Below are positions 24,399 through 37,050 of a stretch of 64,000 nt of DNA, one piece after another. The stretch comes from Octopus vulgaris. Lineage: Eukaryota. Both the position numbers and the translations under genes were made by a program. The stretch is taken from NCBI GenBank assembly GCA_951406725.2, contig OX597818.1, positions 21,700,001 through 21,764,000 of the forward strand, read 5' to 3'. The notes under the pieces are model-generated. The model worked only from the letters and a program-made list of their open reading frames with translations, was not told the DNA's origin and did not search any database. How positions within the stretch are numbered: the first letter of the stretch is position 1; each line of letters begins with the position of its first letter.

Positions 24399-27300
24399 GT
24401 AACAAAAGTTTGTCTTGTATTGTTTTATTTTTGTCTGAAGAAATTAGATATTAGCACTATAAATTATCAAACACCTTTGAAATTTCAAGTTAGTTTAGAG
24501 CTTAATTAGTGAATCAGTAACTCCTTTTCTGCTGACAAGTAAAATTAGTGTAGTGCCTTTTATTAGAGGATAGTAGTTCACATATAGCATGACACTTGTA
24601 ATGGGATATGAATTTAAAAGAAGTTAGCCTTATCTGCTGTGATTCTTTGTGTTTGAATTCCTTGCTCATATTGCTATGGCCTTTGCTTTGTGTGGCTCAA
24701 CATAGTGCAGAGGTAAATTTTAAATGAACTGTTAAAAAGATTTGGTATGACAGTCATACCATGGAAAAAAGCATGCAACTATCATAATTTGACATTCTGA
24801 TGAATATGAAAATATTGTATCTTGAATATTGTATATGTGCAAGCACTACAGTATAGTGACTAGCAAAAGCAAGTCTACAAAATAATTTTGGTACTGGATT
24901 GAACAATTTCACTCTATCTATCATGGTTATAAGTTCAACCATAGTCAAACCTCATACATAACACATTTTAGAGCCTAAAACTCATTTTGAAATTTTAGTC
25001 ATCATGTCTTATGGACAAGGACTTAACAGGTTACATGTTATATGAAGACAGCTTCCAGTGGTGCTTTAACAACTATTCTTCTGTGAATTTGCATTGGGTA
25101 TAATGCCATATATACCCTATATCCTGATAATTATAGGATTTGTGTAGCATTATTCTAGCATTATGCCCTACAAAGACAAGAGTACCTGGATTCATTGCTC
25201 TTCATAGGAATAATTTGCCCACCTTAGGTTTATTCCCTATTCACCTTTAAAATGCAAGCAGCTTTAAGAAAGTTCATCTGAGGTTCTCAGCCATTATCTT
25301 TTGCATGAAAAAGCCTGGGGACACACCAATATCAGTAGATTAAACTGACTCCAGTACTGGTACTTTATTTTCTTGACTCCCAAAGGATGAAAGGTGAAAT
25401 TACCCTTGTTGGGATTTGAACTCAGAACATAAAGAGCCAGAACTCAATAACTCAAAGCATTCTGTCTTGTGCTATAACATTTCTGCTATCTATTGCCCTA
25501 AAAACTAACCCACAGTTTTTATAAGATATTCTAATTTTTCATATGCAGAGTTGTAATAGATGTCTGACATTTTATCTTGATGAGAGTTCAAAAATGTCTT
25601 TTGATCTCTAGTAAGAAGTTAAAACAGATGTCACAGATAACATAGATAAAACAGTTAAATAGTAACATGTGCAACATTGCAGTAATGACTGCTTTTGAAA
25701 CAATTATTTTTTTGTTATTCTAAACAAGTTGCAATGATTAAAGAGATAAGTCAATCACGTGGTTTAGTGGTCAACTTTTCTTATATATTTCCACTGATAT
25801 ATTATTATTACTGTGCTCTTCAAGTTATTCAACTTTAATGGCTTCAGTTGTTTTTTATGTTTAGACTCAGGTCATCTGAGTGGACCTGATTGACTAAAGG
25901 CATTCTACCTGTCACCATCTTGCCTTTCCTTACTTAGGCAATAGGATATGATTTACAGCAGATTTAGGTGCTATAAAGAGCCATGTGGAGGTTTTTTGGT
26001 TGGTTCAACTAACATTAGTTCCCCTAACTGGATTGGATATTTAATAGAATGAATCCAGTTAGTTGGGCAAGGGTTCTGTGTTCAAATCGTGACTAAATGT
26101 AGATGAATTGGGGAAAATCTTTTTACATAACATGTGTATTGCTTCAGTGTTCTGATAATGGGGCAAATAAAGGCCAAGAAAGAAAACTGTTAGTTTAATG
26201 TTGAAGACACTGGTCAATGTTAATTCATTGAAGCTAAGTAATGTCAAATTTTTGTCTATTAAAGAAAGTAACCAGATAGAAAATCAACCTAATTTTTTTT
26301 ATCAATGGCATGACAGAAAATTATCTCTGGCATGTAAAAGGTAAAAGAAGAGAAAGCTATTTAATGCCTCCCATTTCACTAAAAATTTGTAAGGAACTAA
26401 ATGAATTTATTTATATGTTAAGTAAATGGACTATAGTAGATCAAGCTTTAGCCAGCGTTTTATGTGTAATTATATATATTGTACAAATGTAAACAAATGT
26501 CTATACAATCACTTCACCAGCAGGAAAAGGGGGATTGATCTGATCAAATATAGTGCTATTTGTGTCAGCTCATCAGAAATTGTTTCTCTGCCTTCACAGA
26601 GTAATTGTTTATTTAGTCACAACTATAAAAGATTTCACTAAAACAAAATATCCAATCTACATAAGTAGTGCATCACTAGCACTTATGTCAATTAATTATT
26701 GATCCACTAAATATAAGCACATGTGTACACACACACACATACACACACTTAGTTAAAGTCATGTGCTTAATTATTCATTAACTGTTTGCTGAACAAAAAA
26801 TTTTTTAAATAAATTCTTCTGCCATTAAATTAGTTATTTAAAGATTCTATTTTAAAAATTTTATTTATTTATTTCAGCTTTACTTAGGTGGGTGACTCTT
26901 TGATTAAATCATGTTACATTGTTTTTTTTCTTCTTAATTTTATTTGTTGTCATTTGGTAATTAAACAATAAAGAAAAATGCACTTGTTTCTTCTTATGTT
27001 CTGCTGAAATCTTTATAATATTCCCTATCTCTATAATATTCTAGATGGAAGAGTTATGTCAACTTTCGTTATTCCCATATTAAAAATGATTAGTCTTTAA
27101 AAAATTTACCTATTCAAGCTCCTCTAAAAAAGCAAGGGGTCATATACATATATATATATGACTATATTAATTTATATGGTCATTCAGGCAGTCAATAATG
27201 TAGCTAACTACTTGACTTAGAAAGTAGAAGTGCTCATTGATGCCAGTTAGCTCGAGTGATATTAGGAAAATGCTTCTCGAAGCTAGGTAGATGGTGTAAT

Positions 27301-28778
27301 TTGAACACATGACTGCTGAGTACCTCTATGGTTTTTCATTATGGTATCATATGTACAATGAAATGCAGTAGACTAGTTGGAGTGCAGTGCAGCACCAACA
27401 ATAATGTATAAATAATTGACTCTTTTCTCTACCTAGTGAACAGTTTACCTGTTTTCCTTTTCAGTTTTAATTCTTAACTTCTAAACATTAAAAAAAATGG
27501 AAATCTTACAAAGATTTATATCGACTATTTAACTCTTATTCCTACTGGAAGATGATGTTTTTATCCAGATGGTCTTTTATTCTTCATAGTGTTTCTTGAC
27601 TCCATCATATATTAGTCTGACTCATGTTGATGAATTTGTTGTTAATTCAACGGTATGATGATGTGAGATAAGATTTCTTCACTTACTTGGAAAGCAAAAT
27701 TCTGTAATCAGTAGTAAGAAAGATCTAACAAGGTCTTTAAAGAATTGTTGTACATATAAGTTTTCTTGCTCATAAAGATTTTCTTAATTTAATTCCTCTT
27801 GGAATTGAATAATTACAAGATTTATTAACATAGAAAAATATAAAAATGGGGAATAGTTAGAGAAAAGTATGATATTTGTCATTGATCGAGGAATACTTTC
27901 TGATTTCTTTCTTTTACTGAAGTGTCCTAATGAATTCATCAAAGCTAACAATAAAAAGATGTATTTTCATAATCCAAATTCTTTATGTAACAACAGCATT
28001 ATTTTAGGAATGTGCTTTTCAATATATGAATGGTTGTTGCTTTTGGTACCCCTTCATTAGAGGAGTTTAGGTACTAAATGTATATTTTAGTCACACTAAA
28101 ATGAAACTGACCTTTTATCTTTTTGTGACTGATACTTGACAAATATTAAAGAATCAATTCTTAAAACAAAATGATTCTTGTTAAATGGGATCTTTCCTGT
28201 CTAATGTATATTCATTTGAAATCTTCATAAATGTTATAGAAATATCTTCTTTGGTACCGAATGTAAGTTCTTTTCCATTAAAGAAGATATTATGACAGTT
28301 TTAAATGTATCATTGCAAAATATTAAAAAGCTTTTATTTAACATTTAAAAATTTAATGTTAAAAAATAATAAAAAAATAAAAGCCTTTCTTACATAACTC
28401 CACCATCACAAAAATACTCTTTCATAGACAATATCCAGTAGTTGTAATTCAAATATTCAAAAAATATTTAATCAATTCAAATTCCAAAATACATGTACTC
28501 ATTTGAAATAATGGTACAAACATGGAGTTGAAATACACAAACTGTAAACTTTTTCAGAAATACAATGTCAATTTATACTATTGGATATTTGCTTTCTTAA
28601 TTTTAATGAATTAGAATAACTTCTAATAATTTCTGTTAAACTGTTTCATTTCAATCGCAGCTTTCAGTTAAATAATTTATTTTTATTATGTTAAATATAT
28701 ATAATATGAATTTCATTTAAAACAATTAATTTCACTTTTAAATCTTATAGAGCACTTGTTCAACTAATTAATATTATA

Positions 28779-30523
28779 CACTCCTGAGCCAAAATCATTA
28801 TCAATTAGAATAATTTCATGTTTTGGAGGTAAAAATTTTAATTTCACTGAACACAAGTCATTAACAAAATTAATCAAGTCATTAGCAAAATATTTGTCAT
28901 CTCAGAGTATTTGATCATTAATTATATGATATGCATTTTGCTTTCTGTTGTTTTATCAATATCAGGATATGTTTTGGTCTGCTGGGCCTTAAAACAGCTT
29001 TAAAAGGCTTAAAGACATGTAGTGTTTAAAAGCAACTGAAAGATTTGTTATAGGTTTAAAATAGTTTAAAAATTTGAATTAATATGAACTAATTAGATTT
29101 GAACTCACCACACAAGGATATATTATGTCATGAAATATATGCCAGTACTTTATTTTTTTTTAAGAATATACATTACAATGAGCCATGGCTTATTACTTAG
29201 TTGGTTGGGCCTCTATTAGTTTCATTGTCCAAAGAAGTTATTGTCAAAACAAAACAAAAAATAAAAACTGTAGTGTGTTATGTTTTAACAGTTTGATTTG
29301 CAGTAGCATTACAGAAGTGAGAAAAACACTTCTGATCATATCTGAGTAACAAAGCTTTCTTCACTGTCTTTTGATAAAATTGATTGTCATTGGATGATGA
29401 GTGAGTCTCATTTTCAATGGCTAGTTCAGATCATGCTGGCTGCTGTATGATAAGGTTGTTACTAGCAACTGATGAAAAGTGTACTGAAGTATCTCTTGTT
29501 TTGGTTAGTGATTCTAACATTGGGAGCCTCACTTCTTTCTTGCCATATCAAAGGCAAATGCTGCATGTTCTGGGTGAGTAGGAGGGTGCTTTGTTGAGAA
29601 TGCTTTAGGTTAACAGGATGGACTGATTCCATGGTCCCATTGTCTCCAGATAAAATAGGATAGGGAAGTGGATTTGTTTTTCTTGTCTCTGGAGTTGAAA
29701 GAGTACATAAGCTGGGTAAACCTTCTTTTTAAATTATTAGATACCTTGTAATAACAATAGGTTGGATGAAAGTTGCCATGTAACCTATTGTATCTTAGTT
29801 CAATCCTATTTAATGTAGCTAAGAACTTCCTATTTCAACACTTTCCAAGCACTCACAAATATCATAAATTCTTTAATGGTCATACTGTTAAGCTTGGTGA
29901 TTTTGACTAAACAATATCACATCTAATATCATATACTCTGATAAAAAAAAATTACACCTCTACATAATTTTCGCTTCAAACATTCACATGCAATTGCTAA
30001 AATTGAACTACCTTCCTATAGAAAGGATTCTGCCTCTAAGGCTATTTTCATCCTACCTGATGTGAAGTGCTTAGATAGAGTGTTGATATTTCTGTGTGGA
30101 AGATTAAGGAATAACAAAAGCACACTGCATTGCAAAACCTGAACCAAACATAGATACTTGAAATTTGAAAAAGAGCTTTTAAGTAAAATTTAAACAAAGT
30201 ATTAGTTTATATAACATGATAAGAATGGATATTGGAAACTGGATTAGGTACTGTGAAACCACTAAAAAACTAATTAATCATTACAGACTGATGTAGGAGA
30301 AAAACCAACATTCATTTAAGATTCTTTGTTGGTTTTTCTTATCCTTTTCCTAAGTCATTGGATTTGTCATTAAATAATAAAAACGTATATGCGTATTAAA
30401 TTGCAACAATATTAAATAAAATGTCAATATGATTTTGAAACTTTAAATTCAAAATTTTTAATGATCAATTAATTTACATAAGATTCTTTGTTTAATTTAC
30501 TTAAGATTCTATGCTCAGGAGTG
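28779..30523. mobile_element. Old Tc1/mariner-like TIR element
   Basis: TA|CACTCCTGAGCCAAAATC at left and GATTCTATGCTCAGGAGTG at right are inverted repeats 1745 bp apart; no intact ORF inside. Confidence 0.5.
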
Positions 30524-31181
30524 CTTAGTTGATTAAAAATGCCAAGCAATTTATAATACATATCCTTTATATACTAAACTAATGGGAAATTGGTGCTTCT
30601 TGATTTATTTAACTTCTTTTTTTTTTTGGCTACATCCAATTTAATGTATTTAAAATTATCAAAGATGGTTCTGCCATTTATGACCATCTCATTTACATTA
30701 CCAAGTCTTACAATGACTGAATTTTGTTTTGAATTTAAGAAGAAAAGAAAAATCAAACTAAGCTGATCTGCCAACCCTCTATTTTTGTGATCAAAGAAGA
30801 TAGTTGACATCTTTATGGATATATGTATTATTTGAATTCAAAATGATGAAGGTCAAAAAACACTTAGTCTGACACTATACCATTTCACATCTCCACTAAT
30901 TCCTGACAAATCTATCATCCTTTTGTTTTCAATACAGAAGTGTCATGACATATTCTCTGTTACAAACTCTTAAAATGGAGAGCACAAGGGAACAATTTTG
31001 AACATAATTTCTGTTGAGTTTGCCTTCCACTTGATTTAGATGAAAATTGACATGCTGATTTCAAAACTACTATCAGTTTTTTTTTTATAACTTCTTTTTT
31101 TTATACAATGTATTCTCTGAATAAGCACAATTGTGTTGTTTGCCCATAAGTAAGAGGGCTGCTCAGCTGCTTCTGTTATAG

Positions 31182-32878
31182 CACTGAGAAACATTTTCAA
31201 AACTTTTTTAATTGTTTTGCTTTTTATAATTAGTCTCACCTAATTTGATGGTACTAGGTTCAGAAATGCCCCCAGAAATTTTCTATCATGTGAAGTTTTT
31301 TTTAAATAAGATTTTTTTTTTTTTTTTTTTTACCGAAAATGTTAATTTTGCCATTAAATGCAATACTGAAATAAACTAACACAAACCAAAAAGTACTTTT
31401 TATTGTTTAATAAAATGTATTACACACAATGTTTAATTACATTTTTTAGGATAGAAATTTTTGTCAAATTGGAGTTTCAACTTCTCAAGAAGTGAACTTT
31501 CTCTTTGCTGCTATGCATGAATAACTTGCATCATTACAGTCTCTTTACAGAGACCAGCAGTAGTTAGTTATCATGCTTGTGTTCCACTTGCCTTCATACC
31601 TAATCTCTATGGTCTCAATGTCTTGGTGGAATCTTTCTCCTTGCTCATCACTTATTGCACAATGATTTTCAGAGAAGTAATCCAAATGACTGTGCAGGAA
31701 ATGCACTTTTACACTCATGTTGCAACTGGTTAACAGGATCTGCATAAGTTCTTCATAGTTTGATGATTTCCTGTTTCCCAGGAAACCAGACACAACTGCT
31801 GCAAAAGCATTCTGTGCTTCTTTTACAATGCCAGACATGGTCTCCAAAATATGATTGTCCTGCAATAGCCACCTAATTTGTGGTCAGGCAAACACATAAA
31901 CCTTAATTTTTTCATAAGACAAAGCTGTCTCAGTGTTTCAACACATATTTTACACATTATATGGGGTTTACAGGCTTTGTTTTGACTACCCAGTTTCATA
32001 CCAAAGTAAGTAAGGTAAGCTTTCTTCATAAAAATATATGACTTTGTTTCACTGCTTAGGTAAAGTGCAATATCCACAAATAAAGCAAAAGACATTGGGG
32101 CTGTTTTTGCATTTTCTTCTCTTACAATTGGTCATATTTCTGAAATACAAAGCATGTTCAAGCCAGTTGTAACCTGGGAAAAGTGTTCTCAGAATTGTCA
32201 ACAGTAAGTAAATGCAGATTTGTGATAGCAAAGTTCCATAAAGACCATACATACTATGACATTCTTTCTCTGGTTCTTTGAGCATGCCTGATAAAAAAGT
32301 GACTTTGACCCATATGACCTCAAAGTTAAAACATTAAGGGTGCATTCAAAATACAAATTTTCGTAAGAAATAGTTAAAGGTCCAAAAGAACATGTCTCAC
32401 GTGGTTTGTAATGATAGTCATACTAAATTAAACACAGTGTGGGCATATTTGTAGACAAATTCATAAACATGAGACATGTATGATGCCAAGGACCTAATTG
32501 TATAAAGGACATTTCTGTCATCATTATTACATTTAAAACTGGTTAGATTGAAAATAGTGAAAGTTGATCAAGTTTGATGCTTTTTATTTACTGAAGATAC
32601 TTGAGTCATAACTTTTATTTTCATTTTTGTAGCTGCATTTACTTTAAATGATATTTAAAAACTGTAAAGTCAAGCTTCACGTGTGGGTCTGCTTTTGATG
32701 AAGCCAAATCTATCCTTAGAAATGGTGACAATACTGGAAATTTTGAAAAATGGATATTTGAGTTTGTGAAAAATCTTGACATGATAGAGCAAAATGGATT
32801 TAATTTTTGAAATCAGCACCCCCAAAATTACTTGGAAACATTTCTAAAACTGGAAAACAAAAACCATGTTCCTCAGTG
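31182..32878 (-). mobile_element. Chapaev3-like (CMC superfamily) DNA transposon, internally deleted
   Basis: Termini CACTGAG(A/G)AACAT...ATGTTCCTCAGTG; flanks tag/taa (3-bp TWA-type TSD with one mismatch); subterminal inverted similarity ~31240-31300 vs ~32770-32830. Confidence 0.8.
31545..32135 (-). pseudogene. Chapaev3-type transposase remnant
   Basis: CKNSPNVFCFICG, AYLTYFGMKLGSQNK..PH..CKICVETLRQ, then ALSYEKIK...PQIR, FLGNRKSSNY, MSVKVHFLHSHLDYF, SDEQGERFHQDI, RYEGKW, NYCWSL; frameshifted; family assigned from recalled motifs. Confidence 0.8.
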
Positions 32879-34274
32879 TAATCTGTTAATGAATAAACAA
32901 TTCTCTTGTGTATATCATCAGTAGTTGTATTCTAACAGTTATATAATCATAACTGTTTTAATAGAAACTATAAAGAAAATTTCTTTTCAATATTGACTAC
33001 ATAAGGTTTTATTTCTCTGTATTGTTATTATTGATATACAAAATATATTGTAATTTACACAAGATATTTTCTAAATCTAGTCTAATGATTTGAACCAATT
33101 TATCCTTGAAAATATGTTCACTTTCTGGTTGCAGCATAGGGTTGTGCTATATTTAAAAAAAAAATTAGTTAAAAAAAAAGGTATAAAATTAATTTGTAAC
33201 TTTCAATCTATTCATATGGGATGTAGTTGTTCGTTGATGTTACCTTATATTTCTGAAACATGTTTCCATGTATTTACTCCTATTTTGTTTCAATGTTTGC
33301 AACTATTCATCCAATGAAATTCCAGTAGATTTATTCTTCAGCTTTTCATAGGTCTTCTGCAGTCATTTATCCTTCTTCAGATGTTGCATGTTTGGACATC
33401 TTCATGAACTACCAGTTACTAAAACAAACCTCATAAATTATGATTTTTCTCTGTAACTGGCTTGCATTTGGTGAAATAAATATGTCCAGACATGCTTCAG
33501 TGTTGAATAAGATTGCACAATATTACCTGGAGGGGGAAGGAGAGAAGATGGTAACTAAATTGCACAAGGGTGTGGCGCAAAAGACAGACCTAAGGAAGGT
33601 TAAAGAATAAATTAAATGGAATGTTGTCCACATTTTATTAGAATATATAAACATTTGTTTTTAAAAAGTATTGAAATATTAACTGTTACATATTGAAAAT
33701 CTAACATGTTTTATCCTAAAATTGTTATGTAAAATTCAAATTTATTTAACAGTGTTAACATTTATTCTTGTCAGTTAAAACCCCTTAGACCATCATACTT
33801 TTTTCTTTTTTGTTATCTTTTGTTGTTTTTTTTTGTTTTTTTTTAGCTCTTCACTTCAATGTTTTTCTGTTAGCAAATGAATATCAATGTATTGGAACAA
33901 GCATTTTCACTAAACTTTGAGGGAAAAAAAATAAATAATTCAAAATAATGATCAAAAATTGTCAGCAGTTTCGTTGTAAATTGGTTTTATCAGATTGTAA
34001 ACTTTATTTGGCTTTCTTTTATCCATTTAAAAAGTAACAACAACCATAGCAAAAGACAATTTTAATAGCAATAATTCCTAGTATGTTCTAATTGATATTA
34101 TTTTGCTAACCTTTAGCTTATTAGTTGTTATCATTGATTTTTTTTATATTTGTTTGAGCATTCTTTTCAAAAAGTATTTAATTAATGCATTAGGCATGTA
34201 TAAATAGAAAAAAGTACAAAAAAATTCATGCTTGTTGCTTTATTTTTTCTTTCTGTTATTTATTTGCAATCTAG

Positions 34275-34424
34275 TCTCGCCAATGTGTTCACCATCACCT
34301 GCATGGTCACCTCCTTCATCACCGGCTCCACAGAGCCCTCGTTACCAGTCTTCCATTCAAATTCCTCTGCTTTCATCTAACTCATGCAGTTATACCAACA
34401 AGTGTTACACTATAACAAACAATG
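34275..34424 (+). CDS. Host gene exon C (VSPMCSPSPAWSPPSSPAPQSPRYQSSIQIPLLSSNSCSYTNKCYTITNN)
   Basis: Pyrimidine tract with ctag acceptor, ATG|gtaaac donor, 150 bp, phase 1-1, SP-rich peptide. Confidence 0.8.
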
Positions 34425-34750
34425 GTAAACCTATTCTATTTTTTTCTTCAAGCTCTTCTTTCCACATTTCTACAAACATGATTTCTACCATATAATGTCT
34501 TCTGGAAATTATATTTTCACACAACTGATTTTTTTCTTTTCCTCATTACATTTTCCTTCATTTGTTTTCTTTGTTTGACAAATTAATATTTTTCTACAAT
34601 TTTTGTAAGTATGTAAAAACTTTCTCACAAAGAAATTTAAATAATATATGAATTTTATGTTTATATTTTTAAGTATATTTTTGATGACCAAAATTTTCTA
34701 GTTTTCTGTCATTTTCACTCTTACTTTACTAAAATTATATAAAAATAAAC

Positions 34751-34788
<38 letters not shown>

Positions 34789-35869
34789 TCATCATCCTTT
34801 TTAAATTCATTTCCATGTTAGTTGTCATAGTCTCTGTTATTTCTTCAGAATTCTCTTGACAGGTTTAAAAACCATGTCTTGCTTGCATGTCTCATGGCTA
34901 GTTTCTCTTCCTGTCACCAACCATTACAGAGTGTACCTGGTACATTTTATCTTGGCACCAGCACTAGAGGAGTTGTCTTGCCTTTTGGCAAGACTAAAGA
35001 GTCTTACAATCTTTGGTTGCCTCTGATTTCCCAACCCTAATACAGTGTACTGAGTGCATTAAGTGCATTTTATCAAGGTGCCAGCACTAGTGAGGTCACT
35101 TTGTATCTCACAAGATTAAAGAGTCTCTGCTACTCTAAGAGGGAAAATAGAAGTTGAGATAGGGTGAGAGATGTCAAAGTATGATGGGAAGAAAAGTGTA
35201 AATGTGGTGAGAGAGTGATGGCAGAGGGAGTATTAGATTGATGATGCAGTGGTAGGATGGGAGTGATAGAAGAGAGACAATAATGCTAGGCATTAGTGAG
35301 TGAGAGATGAGGTGTGATGACAATTTCCTGTTTGGTAGTAAGAGCATGACTGATTGATTGATAGTTGTAGAGGAGGGTGGTGGTGAGAGAAAAGTGATAT
35401 CTGTCAATCATAAGTAATCTGGAGGAAAGGAAGTACTGGCTCACAAAAGGGTCACAATTAGGAGAAAGATCTCTATTTTCACAGGCATTGTAATGAGTGA
35501 TCAGGATGGTTGGAGAAGTTGAATAGGGAGAAATCCAGTACTATCCTTGGTTACATGAACATGTGGTGAACATGAGAGAGTGAGTGAGGATATGGTGAAT
35601 GATAGTGAGATGAGAGGGTGTTGAAGAAATTGAGAGTTATGGAAAGTGGGTGATTGATAGAGAGATGAGAAGATTTGGAGAAGCAGTGGAAATAAGTTAA
35701 GTGAAAGAGATGAAGGAGAGTGTTGTAGAGTGGGTAGAGGGTATTTTAGCCGCCATAACTACCCCCATTTAGTGTCCTGTTAACCATACTTGCATGAGGA
35801 GGTGGCTCTTTTCCAGCACTGCATATCATCAATGATCAGAGTCCTTTGTTATTTCTTTCATGAGAAAGA

Positions 35870-36390
35870 ACAAGATGCATCTTCACCATTCTGTCCCATG
35901 TCTTCTTAGATTTCCTTCTCCACGTTCCATCCAATTTTAGTGTTCATCACATTTTGTACAGCTGTTGTCTTCCAAAAGTATAACAAGCCAGTACTAGCAT
36001 GGTCTTCTCTCTTGCACACTACGTTTAAGTCTTATGTCTAGTTTTTCTCTTAGTTCATTTGTATTCCATCTATTTAACATTACACATCTAGTGGAGCATG
36101 TTCACTTGATTTCTTTCTAGTCTCCACAAATCATTTGCATCTGAGGTTAAGGTCCAAGCTTAGTTACTATGCAACACTGCATTTTATACACTAGCATCAT
36201 ACAGTTTCCTCTTCACTATGAGAAAGAAACTCTTTGTCCTTAGTTGAAGCAACAGCTCTCTGAACTTTCTCCACTCCATCTTTACTCTGGCTACTATGCT
36301 TTTGGTGCACCTACCTTCACTTCCAATTAGGTCATCTAGATAAAGGAAGCTATCAACCACTTTTACACACCCAAACATGTACATGTTCAG
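35870..36390 (-). mobile_element. RTE LINE RT C-terminal fragment (degenerate)
   Basis: VVDSFLYLDD..GRCTKSIVARVKMEWRKFRELL..KRKLYDA, homologous to the 21.8 kb copy. Confidence 0.85.
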
Positions 36391-36991
36391 GCTATACTGA
36401 CAAAAAGCACAAAAGTTTGCAGATGCACATTTTCACACATTTCACATCTTTATAATATAGCTCTTGAACACCACTAATACCAATGCCAACAGCCAGAAAT
36501 TTTTTTCACACCAAATTCTGATCAAATCTTGACATTCTGATAGAGATATATAAGAAAGAGACATTGACTTTGACTCATAGTCAGAAGAGCTAAATAGTGA
36601 AACTTCTAAGTAACTGTTTCTTCATGATGTAAAAATATGATTCTACTTTGCATTTTGCATCAACTTCTACATTGGATAATGTTTATAACATACAGCTACA
36701 TATGTTAAACTCTTACATTATGATAGAATATTGGTTTCAAATTTGAGTTGCGAGACTAACTCAATTTCAATAAAAATAACCATATCCTCTGCAGCACATA
36801 CGGAGTATCCTCCCTCACCTGTCCCTTATAAACCAACACACATAGACAATATTTAACTCATCAGTGAATTGAATAAGCTTTCTGTAAGGCTTTTTGTTAT
36901 TCATAAACATATTCACTCCACCCAATATGTATTTTGAGTACTCATTTGAACTATGGTCATCCTAGTCCCATACTGGGGATATTTCATATGC

Positions 36992-37050
<59 letters not shown>

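Noticed and set aside
26545-26580. Minus-strand CTGATGA followed by a hairpin
   Set aside because: No downstream GAAA or cleavage triplet
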